Source: Gemmatimonadota bacterium (GTDB taxonomy: Bacteria; Gemmatimonadota; Gemmatimonadetes; Gemmatimonadales; Gemmatimonadaceae). Taken from it: a DNA stretch of 44,660 nucleotides. The stretch spans positions 1 through 44,660 of the forward strand of contig JANMLN010000042.1 of NCBI GenBank assembly GCA_031372565.1, written 5' to 3'. The translations under genes and the position numbers were made by a program. The notes below the pieces were generated by a model. It worked only from the letters and a program-made list of their open reading frames with translations. It did no database searches and was not told the origin of the DNA. Each line of letters starts with the position of its first letter. The stretch's first letter is position 1. Shown in pieces: positions 1 to 9,347 of the stretch.

Positions 1-849
1 GCCGACAAGTATCCGGTCGGCACGCGCGTGCAGGGCAAGGTTGTCAGCATCACGAACTACGGCGCCTTCATCGAGCTCGAGCCGGGCATCGAGGGTCTCG
101 TCCACATCAGCGAGATGAGCTGGACGCGCAACGTCCGCCATCCGAGCAAGCTCGTCTCCATCGGTGAGGCGATCGAGGCGGTGGTGCTCAAGGTCGATCC
201 GAACGAGGAGAAGATCTCGCTCGGCATGAAGCTGACCGAGCAGGATCCGTGGATGGTGTTGCCGCTCAAGTACCCGGTCGGCACGCGTCTCAACGGCAAG
301 GTCCGCAACCTCACCTCGTTCGGCGCCTTCGTCGAGATCGAACCCGGCATCGACGGCCTCATCCACATCTCCGACATGAGCTGGACCAAGCGCGTCCAGC
401 ACCCGTCGGAAGTCGTCAAGAAGGGCGACGCCGTGGACGTGGTCATCCTCAACATCGATTCCGAGAACAAGCGCATCTCGCTCGGCCTCAAGCAGGCCAG
501 CGAGGATCCGTGGCTCAAGATCGGCGAGACCTACCCGGTCGGCACCGAGCTCCGCGCCACGGTCGTGCGCCTGATGGACAAGGGCGTCGTCGTCGACATC
601 GGCAACGACATCGAAGGGTTCGTTCCGGTCAGCCAGGTGGCCATGGGCAAGCCGGTCAACTCGCCCGCCGACGTGGCGTGGGAAGGCATGCTCCTCGACG
701 TGCGTATCCTCGAGGTGGATCCGATCCATCGCCGCATCGTCCTCGCCGTCAACAACATTCCGGATGAGCAGCCCCCGCGTCCGGAGACGCCGAGCAAGAT
801 CCATTCGGAAGACGAGACCGTGCCGATCACGGACGAAGCCGGCGAGTAA
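1..849 (+). CDS. rpsA: 30S ribosomal protein S1, C-terminal part (5' end outside the window)
   Basis: Frame is open from base 1. Tandem S1 repeats (YGAFIELEPGIEGLVHISEMSW; FGAFVEIEPGIDGLIHISDMSW; RISLGLKQ). Stop TAA at 847-849. Confidence 0.97.
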   Translation, partial: ADKYPVGTRVQGKVVSITNYGAFIELEPGIEGLVHISEMSWTRNVRHPSKLVSIGEAIEAVVLKVDPNEEKISLGMKLTEQDPWMVLPLKYPVGTRLNGKVRNLTSFGAFVEIEPGIDGLIHISDMSWTKRVQHPSEVVKKGDAVDVVILNIDSENKRISLGLKQASEDPWLKIGETYPVGTELRATVVRLMDKGVVVDIGNDIEGFVPVSQVAMGKPVNSPADVAWEGMLLDVRILEVDPIHRRIVLAVNNIPDEQPPRPETPSKIHSEDETVPITDEAGE

Positions 850-869
850 CGCCTGCCGTCCGCACGACC

Positions 870-914
870 TGCGCCCCCCGCTGGCTTCGGCCGGCGGGGG
901 GCGCACTCGTTTGT
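870..914 (+). terminator. Probable intrinsic terminator after rpsA
   Basis: 16-bp GC stem (870-885/890-905) closed by a C(UUCG)G tetraloop, followed by a short T-rich tail (CTCGTTTGT). Confidence 0.75.
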
Positions 915-1018
915 CCCCCGTGTCAGGCGAGTGCCCACACCGCGTGCGACCTTCGCCGATGGCGCCAGATCCGGGCTGGCGCGACCATAAAGGCGAACCC
1001 CAGCGGCAAGAGGTCGCC

Positions 1019-2269
1019 ATGCTCACCATTCCGTCTGACATCGCCCCCGAAGTGCATGCTGGCATCGCGAGCGGCGAACGCGAGGCGCTGCATCGCCTCT
1101 ACAACGACTTTGCGCCAGCGCTCGTCGATGCGGCGTCCGCCGAGGTGCAGTCGGCGACGGCAGCCGAGCACGTCGTCGACCATCTCTTCGAACGTGCGTG
1201 GACAGAGCGCGCGAAGCTCTCCACACCGGCACTGCTCCACGGCTTCCTCGTCGCCGAAGTGCACGTGATGGCGCTCCACGCACAGGCGCGCCGTGCCTCG
1301 CTGCACCGGTTCGAGCAGCACGAGCAGGTGGCGGTCGCGCACACCGCCGCGCGCTCCGCCGCGTTCGACCGCGACGCCGGCTGGCAGCGCGTGCTCGCGC
1401 GCATCGCGGCCGCCGAGGCCGACCCTGCCGCCGTGCATGAAGTCCGACACGAAGCGTCGCGCCACGGAACCGCAGCGCATCTCGCTGGGGTCGGGAAGGG
1501 CATTCCGCGCAAGTTCGTGATCGGAGGTGTGGTGGTCGCAGCGGTGGTCATGGTGGGCGCCATCCTGCTCCTCGAAGAGATGGGCGAGGGATCGCGCGTG
1601 ACGCAGGCGCTCGCCGACAAGGCGGCGCAGGCCATCATCACACGCACCGGACAGCGCGGGGATCTCGTCCTCGACGACGGGACCAAGGTCACGCTGGGCG
1701 CCGATGCAACGTTGACCGTACCCAAGGCCTTCAACCGGACGATGCGGGCAGTGCGCGTCGTCGGCGCGGCCCGGTTTGTGGTCGCGGCGAACGCCAAGCT
1801 CCCCTTCGAAGTACGTGCGGGGCGCATGCAGGCCGTGGCGACTGGCACGACCTTCACGGTCAGTGCCTACGACGACACACCGGTCGTGTTGAGCGTTCAG
1901 GAAGGGAGCGTGCAGGTGACGGTCGGCGGAACTCCACGCACCGTGCAGGCGGGAGGGGGCCTGATGGTTGCGGCGGATGGTGCGCTGACCGAGCCGACCG
2001 CAGGCCGGCGCGATGAAGCGACGACCTGGGCGGATGGGCAGCTCACGCTGGTCGACCGGCCGCTACGTGACGTGCTCCCGATGCTCAGGCGGTGGTATCA
2101 GCTCGATCTGCGCCCTGCGGAGGCGCTCCTTGACCGGTCGGTGACGATGACCGCCAAGCTGGGCTTCGCCGACAGTGCAATCGTGGCGCTCGAGCAGGCG
2201 GCGCTCGTCAAGCAGCTCTGGGCCGGAAAGCAGATGATCCTGGTCGACGCGCCGAAGGCGCCGCGCTAG
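1019..2269 (+). CDS. Membrane protein: ECF sigma region-2-like N-terminus + TM helix + FecR domain + C-terminal FecR-associated domain
   Basis: ATG 1019 with GAGG upstream. FecR signature (TRTGQRGDLVLDDGTKVTLGADATL, PFEVRAG, ATGTTFTV, VSVQEGSVQV) and C-terminal WADGQL..DRPLRDVLPMLRRWY. Hydrophobic segment FVIGGVVVAAVVMVGAILLL. N-terminus resembles sigma70 region 2. Confidence 0.85.
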   Translation: MLTIPSDIAPEVHAGIASGEREALHRLYNDFAPALVDAASAEVQSATAAEHVVDHLFERAWTERAKLSTPALLHGFLVAEVHVMALHAQARRASLHRFEQHEQVAVAHTAARSAAFDRDAGWQRVLARIAAAEADPAAVHEVRHEASRHGTAAHLAGVGKGIPRKFVIGGVVVAAVVMVGAILLLEEMGEGSRVTQALADKAAQAIITRTGQRGDLVLDDGTKVTLGADATLTVPKAFNRTMRAVRVVGAARFVVAANAKLPFEVRAGRMQAVATGTTFTVSAYDDTPVVLSVQEGSVQVTVGGTPRTVQAGGGLMVAADGALTEPTAGRRDEATTWADGQLTLVDRPLRDVLPMLRRWYQLDLRPAEALLDRSVTMTAKLGFADSAIVALEQAALVKQLWAGKQMILVDAPKAPR

Positions 2270-2277
2270 CGCGACGC

Positions 2278-3843
2278 CTACGGTACCGGTGCACCGAGCC
2301 GCGCCATCAGGGCGGCGTACATCTCGATCCCCTCCCAGAACTCCTTCAGGCGGATGTTCTCGTTGGGCGCGTGCTGGGAGTTGTCGTAGTTCGCGATCGG
2401 CACGTTGATGATCGGAATGCCCAGCACCTGCTCGAAGATCACGAGGGGGGCCGAACCGCCCAGGGTCGGCACGACGGCGACGCGTTCGCCTGAGGCGCGC
2501 TCCACGATCCGGACGACGTCGCGCCCGAGCGGATGATCGAGGGAGGTGCGCTGCGCCGCGTACCCGTCCTCCCAGCGCAGCCACATGACCTTGTCGCGGG
2601 TGCGGCGCAGGGCCGGGGTCGCCTCCGCGGAGTCGTGCACAATCGTCCACCCTTCGGCGGTGGCATGAGCCTCGAACAGCTCGCGGATGCGAGCCGGCGT
2701 CTGGTTCGGGACGAGCCGGAAGTCGATCGAGGCGCGCGCCAGCGAGGGGATGGCGTTGGTGGCCCCGGCGCCGACACCACCCGTCTGGATGCCGCGCAGG
2801 TTGAGCGCGGGCATCATGATCCGTTCGGACAGCGACGCATTCCCCGCTTCGGTCGCGCCCAGCAGCAGTTCATCGCGCAACTTGGCGTCGGCCGACGGAA
2901 TGGTGGACAGCGAGGCGCGCTCCGCCGCGGTCATCGCGCGCACGTCATCGTAGTACCGCGGGATCAGGATCTTGCCGTCGTCGTCACGCAGCGTACTCAG
3001 GAAGCGCGCGAGCCGGATCGCGGGATTCGGGGCCCAGTTCCCGTAGTGTCCGCTGTGCAGCGGGCGCGTCGGGCCGAACACGGCAATCTCCACGTCGAAG
3101 CTGCCACGCACGCCGTACACGACCTGTCGCACGCCGGACTGGTGCCGCGGCCCGTCGAAGAAGAGCACGAGATCGGCGCCCAGGAGCGCCTTGTGCCGGG
3201 TCAGCATGTCCTTCAGGTGCGTGCTGCCGGCCTCTTCTTCGCCTTCGAAGAAGAACTTGAGATTGGCAGGAATCTTCGTCTTCGATGCCGTGAGGGCGTC
3301 GAGCGCGGCCGCGAGCGCGACGACCGGTGCCTTGTCGTCAGACGCCGAGCGCGCGTACAACCGCCAGAGCTCGTTCTCCGGCTTCGCGGCCTCGGCCAAG
3401 CTGCGCTTCTCCGCCTTGTCCTCGAGCCGGCCGGCGAGCACTTGCGGCTCGTACGCCTTCATCGTCCACTCGGCGGCCCGCACGGGCTGCCCGTCGTAGT
3501 GCACGTAGATCAGGATCGTGCGCGTGGCGCCGGCGGTGCGGCGTTCGCCGAAGACGGCCGGTGGACTTCCCGGAGCCTCGAGGAGTTGCGTCTTGACCCC
3601 CCGCTTCTCGTAGAGGGCGCGGATCTGATCGGCGTTCCGTCGAATGTTCACCGAATCGTTTGCCTGGTTCGGCAAGGCCAGAAGGCCGGCGAACTCCTCG
3701 AGGATGGGCTGCGCGTGGGCGATACGCCACGCGCGCACCTGTTGCGTGAGCGGGTCCGCGGGCGCCTGGGCGACGAGTGTCGGCGGCGTGCACGCCATCA
3801 GGAGCGCGGTCAGCGCGCGCAGACGGTATGAGAGGGGGTGCAT
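2278..3843 (-). CDS. Exported M20 family metallopeptidase/amidohydrolase
   Basis: Metal ligand motifs HYDGQP, SASDDK, GEEE, FFDG, QHAPNE. LHSGHYGN dimerisation-domain motif. N-terminal signal peptide. Confidence 0.9.
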   Translation of the reverse strand: MHPLSYRLRALTALLMACTPPTLVAQAPADPLTQQVRAWRIAHAQPILEEFAGLLALPNQANDSVNIRRNADQIRALYEKRGVKTQLLEAPGSPPAVFGERRTAGATRTILIYVHYDGQPVRAAEWTMKAYEPQVLAGRLEDKAEKRSLAEAAKPENELWRLYARSASDDKAPVVALAAALDALTASKTKIPANLKFFFEGEEEAGSTHLKDMLTRHKALLGADLVLFFDGPRHQSGVRQVVYGVRGSFDVEIAVFGPTRPLHSGHYGNWAPNPAIRLARFLSTLRDDDGKILIPRYYDDVRAMTAAERASLSTIPSADAKLRDELLLGATEAGNASLSERIMMPALNLRGIQTGGVGAGATNAIPSLARASIDFRLVPNQTPARIRELFEAHATAEGWTIVHDSAEATPALRRTRDKVMWLRWEDGYAAQRTSLDHPLGRDVVRIVERASGERVAVVPTLGGSAPLVIFEQVLGIPIINVPIANYDNSQHAPNENIRLKEFWEGIEMYAALMARLGAPVP

Positions 3844-3933
3844 GAGCGTGGAGTGAAAGGGAGACGCAGTGCGAAGGTGCCGATCAGGCGTGCGGTCTTG
3901 GATGCTCCTCCACGCCGTGTGCCCGCCGTGGAG

Positions 3934-4893
3934 TCAGTCCAGCGCGGTCGCGAGCGTCGCACGCACACCGATCTCGAGTGGCGTCGGCGCCGCAGCGAAG
4001 CCGGTCGCGCGCAGCTTCGACATGACGGCCTGCGTGTAGTTCTGGTACTGCGCCGAGAGGGCGGCCGGCATGTCGATGAAGGTCACCTGGCGCGGGCGAT
4101 CGAGCGCGTCGAACACGGCGTGCGTCAGGTCCAGGAAGGTGCGAGCGGTGGCGGTGCCGCTGTTGAACAGTCCGGCACCATTGCGACGCCGAGCCAACCA
4201 GAGCAGGTGATCGAGACAATCACCGACATACACGAAATCGCGGCGTTGCTCTCCGTCGATGATCGCCGGGTCGTTGGACTTGAACAGCCGCATCCTGCCG
4301 GTCTCGAGGATCTGTCGCCGCGCGTGCCAGACGACGCTGGCCATGCCGTGCTTGTGCAGTTCGCTCGGGCCATACACGTTGAAAAACTTGACGCCGGCCC
4401 ACGTCGGCGGAGCGGGGCGCCCGGCGTCGACCTCGTCGAGTGCCCAGATGTCGAAGTCGTTCTTGCTCTTGCCGTACAGGTTGAGCGGGGCGAGATCGCG
4501 CGGGTGGGTCTGATCGTCGAATCCCTGCGCTCCATCGCCATACGTGGCGGCGCTCGACGCGTACACGAGCGGGCGCCCCGCGGCCGCGCACCAGCGCCAC
4601 ATGCGCTGCGTGTACTCGATGTTGTTGCGCGTGAGATAGCCCCAGTCGGTCTCGGTGGTGCTGCTGCACGCGCCCAAGTGGTAAATGACCGACGGCGCCA
4701 GCAAGCCGCGCTCCAGTTCGGACGCGAACTCGTCGTGCTCGAGAAAGCGATGACGGTCGAGGCCGGCCAGATTGGCGCGCTTCTCCGGCACGATCGGGTG
4801 ATCGACCAACAGGAGTTCGGAGCCGGCGGCATCGAGCCGGTGGGCGAGATTCGAGCCGATGAAGCCGGCCGCTCCAGTAATGGCAATGGGCAT
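3934..4893 (-). CDS. hldD: ADP-L-glycero-D-manno-heptose 6-epimerase
   Basis: ITGAAGFIGSN Rossmann motif, HLGACSSTTE, YASSAATYG, YGKSK (YxxxK), FNVYGPSELHKHGMASV, QYQNYTQA. Start set to ATG 4893. Confidence 0.92.
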   Translation of the reverse strand: MPIAITGAAGFIGSNLAHRLDAAGSELLLVDHPIVPEKRANLAGLDRHRFLEHDEFASELERGLLAPSVIYHLGACSSTTETDWGYLTRNNIEYTQRMWRWCAAAGRPLVYASSAATYGDGAQGFDDQTHPRDLAPLNLYGKSKNDFDIWALDEVDAGRPAPPTWAGVKFFNVYGPSELHKHGMASVVWHARRQILETGRMRLFKSNDPAIIDGEQRRDFVYVGDCLDHLLWLARRRNGAGLFNSGTATARTFLDLTHAVFDALDRPRQVTFIDMPAALSAQYQNYTQAVMSKLRATGFAAAPTPLEIGVRATLATALD

Positions 4894-4986
4894 GCGGGAA
4901 AGCTGGCGAGGGCAGGGGGAGGGCGACAAGGCGCGCCGCGCACCGCACCCGCTTTACAGGGACGTGACGGGGCGGCAGCATTTGGC

Positions 4987-7900
4987 ATGCTGCAAACGCC
5001 CCATGTTCGTCGAGCCCGTACCGTTTCGGCGCTCCGGACCTTCGCCGTCGTCCTCACGTCGCTCTGTCTCGCGCCGTGCGCCCTCCACGCCCAGCGCGGC
5101 CGCGCCACGCCGTCCCCGACGGCCACCTACGATCCGGCGCAGTACACCGCCGGGAACAAGACCAACAAGGCGTTCAAGTCGCTGCGCTGGCGACTGGTCG
5201 GGCCGTTCCGCGGTGGTCGCTCGGTCGCAGTGACGGGCGATCCGACGCGGCCGCTCGTCTTCTATTTCGGTGCGGTGAACGGTGGCGTCTGGAAGACGAC
5301 CAACGCGGGTCAGAGCTGGGAGAACATCACCGACGGTGTCTCCGACATCTCGTCGGTCGGGGCGATCGCCGTGGCGCCATCCGATCCGAACGTGATCTGG
5401 GTCGGCACGGGGGAAGGGCAGCCGCGAGAAGACCTCACGTACGGCACGGGCGTCTACCGGTCAACAGACGCCGGGAAGACGTGGACGCACTTGGGGCTGA
5501 CGGAAACGCACCAGATTTCCCAACTGCGCGTCGACCCGAAGGACGCGGACCGCGCCTACGTGGCCGCGCTGGGACACGCATTCGGACCCAACCCGGAGCG
5601 TGGCGTCTTCCGCACAACTGATGGCGGCAAGAGCTGGAAGAAGGTGCTCTTCCTCGGCGATTCGATCGGTGCCGCCGACATCGCCATCGACCAGACCAAC
5701 CCGCGTATCCTGTTTGCGTCGATGTGGAAGTTCCAGCGGACGCCGTGGAGCATGGAGGCCGGTGGCAGCCGCTCCGGGCTCTGGAAGTCGCTTGACGGCG
5801 GTGACAGCTGGACCGAGCTGACCTTCAACCCAGGCATGCCCAAGGGGCCGATCGGCAAGATCGGGCTCGCGGTCTCGCCAGCGGACGGGAATCGCGTGTA
5901 CGCCTCGGTGGAAGCCAAGGATTCCGCGGGCGGCATCTTCCGGTCGAATGATGCAGGCGCCACCTGGTCGCGCGCGAGCGGCGACCAGCGGTGGGGGGTG
6001 CGCCCCTGGTACTACTCCCAGGTGACGGCCGATCCCGTGAATCCGGATGCGCTCTACGTGATGAACCTGACGGTGTGGAAGTCGATCGATGCGGGCCGCA
6101 CCTGGTCGCGCGTGCGCGTGCCGCATGGCGATACGCACCAGACCTGGATCGCCCCGAACGATCCGACGCGCCTCATCAACGCCAATGACGGCGGCGCCAC
6201 GGTCTCGCTCGACGGCGGCAAGAGCTGGTCGAGCATCTACAACCAGCCGACCGCGCAGTTCTATCACGTCACCACCGACACGCAGTGGCCGTACCGCATC
6301 TACGGCGCGCAGCAGGACAACTCCACCGTCTCGATCGCCAGTCGTTCGGATTACGGTGCCATCACCGAGCGTGATTGGTGGCCCGTGGCCGGATGCGAGA
6401 ACGCCCACATCGCCATCGATCCGAAGGATGCGAACGTCACGTACGGCGGCTGCTACACCGGCTTCCTGAGCCGCCACGACCACAAGACCAACAGCACCAA
6501 GGACATCTCGGTCTGGCTGTCCAACTACGACGGGTGGGCGGCGGCCGACATTCCGAACCGGTTCCAGTGGACCTTCCCGGTCAAGTTCTCCGTGCACGAT
6601 CCCGACGTGATGTACGTGACGTCGCAGCACGTCTGGCGCTCGAAGACCCGCGGCAACGGCTGGGAGAAGATCTCGGGCGACTTGACCGTGCACGACCCCA
6701 AGACGCTCGGACGGTCGGGTGGACCGGTGACCGGTGACATGACGGGCACCGAGTGGTACGCCACGATCTACGCCTTCGCCGAGTCGCCCAAGCAGGCGGG
6801 CGTGCTCTGGACCGGCAGTGATGACGGCCTCGTGCACCTCTCGCGCGACAACGGCGCGACGTGGCAGAACGTGACGCCGTCCTTCGCAGGCAAGTTCACG
6901 CGCGTCACGGAAATCGAGGCGTCGACGTTTGCCGCCGGAACGGCGTACCTCTCCGCCACCCGCTACCAGCAGGATGACTTCAAGCCGTACTTCTACAAGA
7001 CGACCGATTTCGGCAAGACGTGGACGCTCATCACCGATGGAATCCCGGTGGGCGCCTACGCGCGATCGCTCCGCGAGGATCCCGCCCGAAAGGGGCTGCT
7101 GTACGCCGCCACGGAGATCGGGGTCTACGTCTCGTTCGACGACGGTGCGCGTTGGGAGTCGCTGCAGCTCAACCTGCCGCGCTCGAGCGTGCGGGACTTG
7201 CGCGTGCACGGCAGCGACCTGATCGCCGCCACGCATGGGCGCGCCTTCTGGGCCATCGACAACCTGACGCCGCTGCGCGCGCTCGCCGATTCCGTCACCG
7301 CCCGTGCGGCCTTCCTCATGCAGCCCGCGAAGGCCACGCGGTTTGCCGCCGGTCGCTCGCGTCGGTCTGGCTCCGATGGTGAGAACCCCCTGAGCGGCCT
7401 CGTCGTGGATTACTGGCTCAAGGACAAGCCGAAGGATCCGATCACGATCCAACTGCTGGACGCACAGGGGGCGCTCATCCGGTCGTACACGAGCGCCTCA
7501 GCCCCGAAGCCGGACTCCACGGGCCAGCCCGCGGCCGACTCCGCCGCCGCCGTGGCGCGCGAGAAGCAGCGTGCCGAGGAGTTGGCCTACGAGCCCGCCG
7601 ATTCCGTGCTCCACGCGCGGGCGGGGACCAACCGCTTCGTGTGGAACATGCGCTACCCCGGCGGGAAGGTGATTGCCGGTGCCATCTTCGACGAGGGGAC
7701 CGAAGTTGGGCCGCTGGCTGTGCCCGGGACGTACACGGTCCGACTGATCGTGGGCCGCGATACCATGTCGCGCTCGGCCGAGATTGCGGGAGACCCGCGC
7801 CTCGGCACGTCGCCCACGGATTACGCGCAGCAGTTCGCCCTCGGCAAGCGCACCACCACGCGCCTGACCGAATTGACCGAGTCGATTCTCCGCATGCAGG

Positions 7901-8289
7901 AGACGCAGGCCCAGCTCGATCAGCGCGCCAGGCAAGCGGCGGGGAAGGGGTTTGCCGAGAAGGTGAGCGCAGCGAGCAAGGCGCTCCGCGGCAAGTTCGA
8001 AGCGGTGCGCGCCGAGGTGTACGAGGTGTACACCAAGGCGGATCAAGCCACGCTCAACTATCCCGTCAAGCTGTACCAGATGTTCTTGACGCTCAACATG
8101 CAGGTGCAGACGGGCGACCAGGGCGTCGTCACCCAGTTCGGCGACGTGTTCAATGATCTGTCGGGCAAACTCGAGGTGCAATTGCAGCTCATGCGCAAAC
8201 TCGAAGCCGGTGATCTCGCCGACTTCAACAAGCTCATGAAGGAGGTCGGTCTCCCCGACGTGTACGTCGCGCCGACGGTGACGCCGTGA
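4987..8289 (+). CDS. Large secreted BNR/Asp-box (VPS10/sortilin-like) beta-propeller protein, usually annotated as a glycosyl hydrolase
   Basis: Signal peptide ending ALHAQ. WRLVGPFRGGRS start motif, repeated S/T-x-D-G-G-x-T/S-W Asp boxes, QPTAQFYHV, YGAQQDNS, ATHGRAFW, helical C-terminus. True start is downstream of the 3838 ORF start. Confidence 0.85.
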   Translation: MLQTPHVRRARTVSALRTFAVVLTSLCLAPCALHAQRGRATPSPTATYDPAQYTAGNKTNKAFKSLRWRLVGPFRGGRSVAVTGDPTRPLVFYFGAVNGGVWKTTNAGQSWENITDGVSDISSVGAIAVAPSDPNVIWVGTGEGQPREDLTYGTGVYRSTDAGKTWTHLGLTETHQISQLRVDPKDADRAYVAALGHAFGPNPERGVFRTTDGGKSWKKVLFLGDSIGAADIAIDQTNPRILFASMWKFQRTPWSMEAGGSRSGLWKSLDGGDSWTELTFNPGMPKGPIGKIGLAVSPADGNRVYASVEAKDSAGGIFRSNDAGATWSRASGDQRWGVRPWYYSQVTADPVNPDALYVMNLTVWKSIDAGRTWSRVRVPHGDTHQTWIAPNDPTRLINANDGGATVSLDGGKSWSSIYNQPTAQFYHVTTDTQWPYRIYGAQQDNSTVSIASRSDYGAITERDWWPVAGCENAHIAIDPKDANVTYGGCYTGFLSRHDHKTNSTKDISVWLSNYDGWAAADIPNRFQWTFPVKFSVHDPDVMYVTSQHVWRSKTRGNGWEKISGDLTVHDPKTLGRSGGPVTGDMTGTEWYATIYAFAESPKQAGVLWTGSDDGLVHLSRDNGATWQNVTPSFAGKFTRVTEIEASTFAAGTAYLSATRYQQDDFKPYFYKTTDFGKTWTLITDGIPVGAYARSLREDPARKGLLYAATEIGVYVSFDDGARWESLQLNLPRSSVRDLRVHGSDLIAATHGRAFWAIDNLTPLRALADSVTARAAFLMQPAKATRFAAGRSRRSGSDGENPLSGLVVDYWLKDKPKDPITIQLLDAQGALIRSYTSASAPKPDSTGQPAADSAAAVAREKQRAEELAYEPADSVLHARAGTNRFVWNMRYPGGKVIAGAIFDEGTEVGPLAVPGTYTVRLIVGRDTMSRSAEIAGDPRLGTSPTDYAQQFALGKRTTTRLTELTESILRMQETQAQLDQRARQAAGKGFAEKVSAASKALRGKFEAVRAEVYEVYTKADQATLNYPVKLYQMFLTLNMQVQTGDQGVVTQFGDVFNDLSGKLEVQLQLMRKLEAGDLADFNKLMKEVGLPDVYVAPTVTP

Positions 8290-9248
8290 TGCTGCTGCCG
8301 CAGGATGCCCCAGCGGCTGACGCACCGCTCGAGACGGCCAAGCTGGTCTTGCTCGGCCTGCTCGGCGTCTTCGCTCTCGGCCACGCCGTCCAGATGGTGC
8401 GACGCTGGATGCTCGTGCGGAAGGCCGAAGCAGGCGCGACGGGCGTCCCCGGCATGCCGGGCGACAGTGCCAGGATCACGCCGTTCGGACTGGGCGTGGG
8501 CTTCGGCACGAACTTCTTCGACACGCTGGGCATCGGATCGTTCGCCACGACGACCTCGATCGCACGCTTCTTCAAGATGATGCCGGACGAGCGCATTCCG
8601 GGGACGCTCAACGTCGGGCACGCGATCCCGGCGATGGCGCAAGCCTTCATCTTCACGCAGGTCGTGCCGGTGGAGGCCAAGACGCTGATCTCGATGATCC
8701 TCGCGGCGATCAGCGGCGCCTGGCTCGGAGCGGGGATCGTGGCCGGGTTGCCCCGTCGGAAGGTGCAGATCGGCATGGGGGTGTGCCTCACGGCGGCCGC
8801 CATTCTGATGCTGACGTCGATCTTCAAGCTCACGCCGGGAGGCGGTGAGGCGCTGGCCCTCACCGGGGGCAAGTTCTACCTGGGGGTCGGGGTGAACTTC
8901 ATCCTCGGCGTGCTGATGACGTTGGGTATCGGGCTCTACGCCCCGTGCCTCATCGCGGTGAGCATGCTGGGAATGAATCCCACGGCCGCGTTTCCGATCA
9001 TGATGGGGTCCTGCGCATTCCTCATGCCCGTGGCGGGCATGCGCTTCGTGCAGAAGGGAAGTCTCGCAACCGGCACGTCGTTGGCGCTTACACTCGGTGG
9101 GATCCCGGCGACGTTCATTGCAGCGTACATCGTCAAGAGCCTGCCGCTGGATGCGGTGCGGTGGCTCGTGGTGGTGGTGGTGCTGTACACGGCGTTCGGG
9201 CTGCTGCGTTCGGCGATGAAGGGACAGCCCGCCACCGTGTCGTCCTGA
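8289..9248 (+). CDS. TSUP (TauE/SafE) family membrane transporter
   Basis: About 9 hydrophobic helices. NFFDTLGIGSFA, IPGTLNVG, LGIGLYAPC and FPIMMGSCAFLMP motifs. Start overlaps the upstream stop (TGATG). Confidence 0.85.
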   Translation: MLLPQDAPAADAPLETAKLVLLGLLGVFALGHAVQMVRRWMLVRKAEAGATGVPGMPGDSARITPFGLGVGFGTNFFDTLGIGSFATTTSIARFFKMMPDERIPGTLNVGHAIPAMAQAFIFTQVVPVEAKTLISMILAAISGAWLGAGIVAGLPRRKVQIGMGVCLTAAAILMLTSIFKLTPGGGEALALTGGKFYLGVGVNFILGVLMTLGIGLYAPCLIAVSMLGMNPTAAFPIMMGSCAFLMPVAGMRFVQKGSLATGTSLALTLGGIPATFIAAYIVKSLPLDAVRWLVVVVVLYTAFGLLRSAMKGQPATVSS

Positions 9249-9338
9249 GCGCAGCGAAGGACCTGCTTCTCGCCCCTCATGCGGCCGAGCAGCAGGTCCT
9301 TCGACTTCGCGCCTGCGGCGCTTCGCTCAGGACGACAC
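9237..9338. repeat. REP-like palindromic element (GTGTCGTCCTGAGCGCAGCGAAGGACCTGCT ... AGCAGGTCCTTCG ... CGCTTCGCTCAGGACGACAC)
   Basis: Left arm 9237-9267 is complementary to 9291-9303 and 9319-9338 (one mismatch). Lies between convergent genes and contains the TSUP stop codon. Confidence 0.8.
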
Positions 9339-9347
9339 TCGAGGCGG

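Noticed and set aside
1..480. Internal near-repeats in the first gene
   Set aside because: These are the normal tandem S1 domains of rpsA.
764..1018. N-terminal extension of the FecR ORF
   Set aside because: It overlaps rpsA and its terminator. ATG 1019 has a ribosome-binding site and starts the recognisable domain.
3838..4986. N-terminal 383 aa of the 1483-aa ORF, suggesting a giant fusion protein
   Set aside because: This part is the antisense shadow of hldD. The real BNR protein begins near ATG 4987 with a signal peptide.
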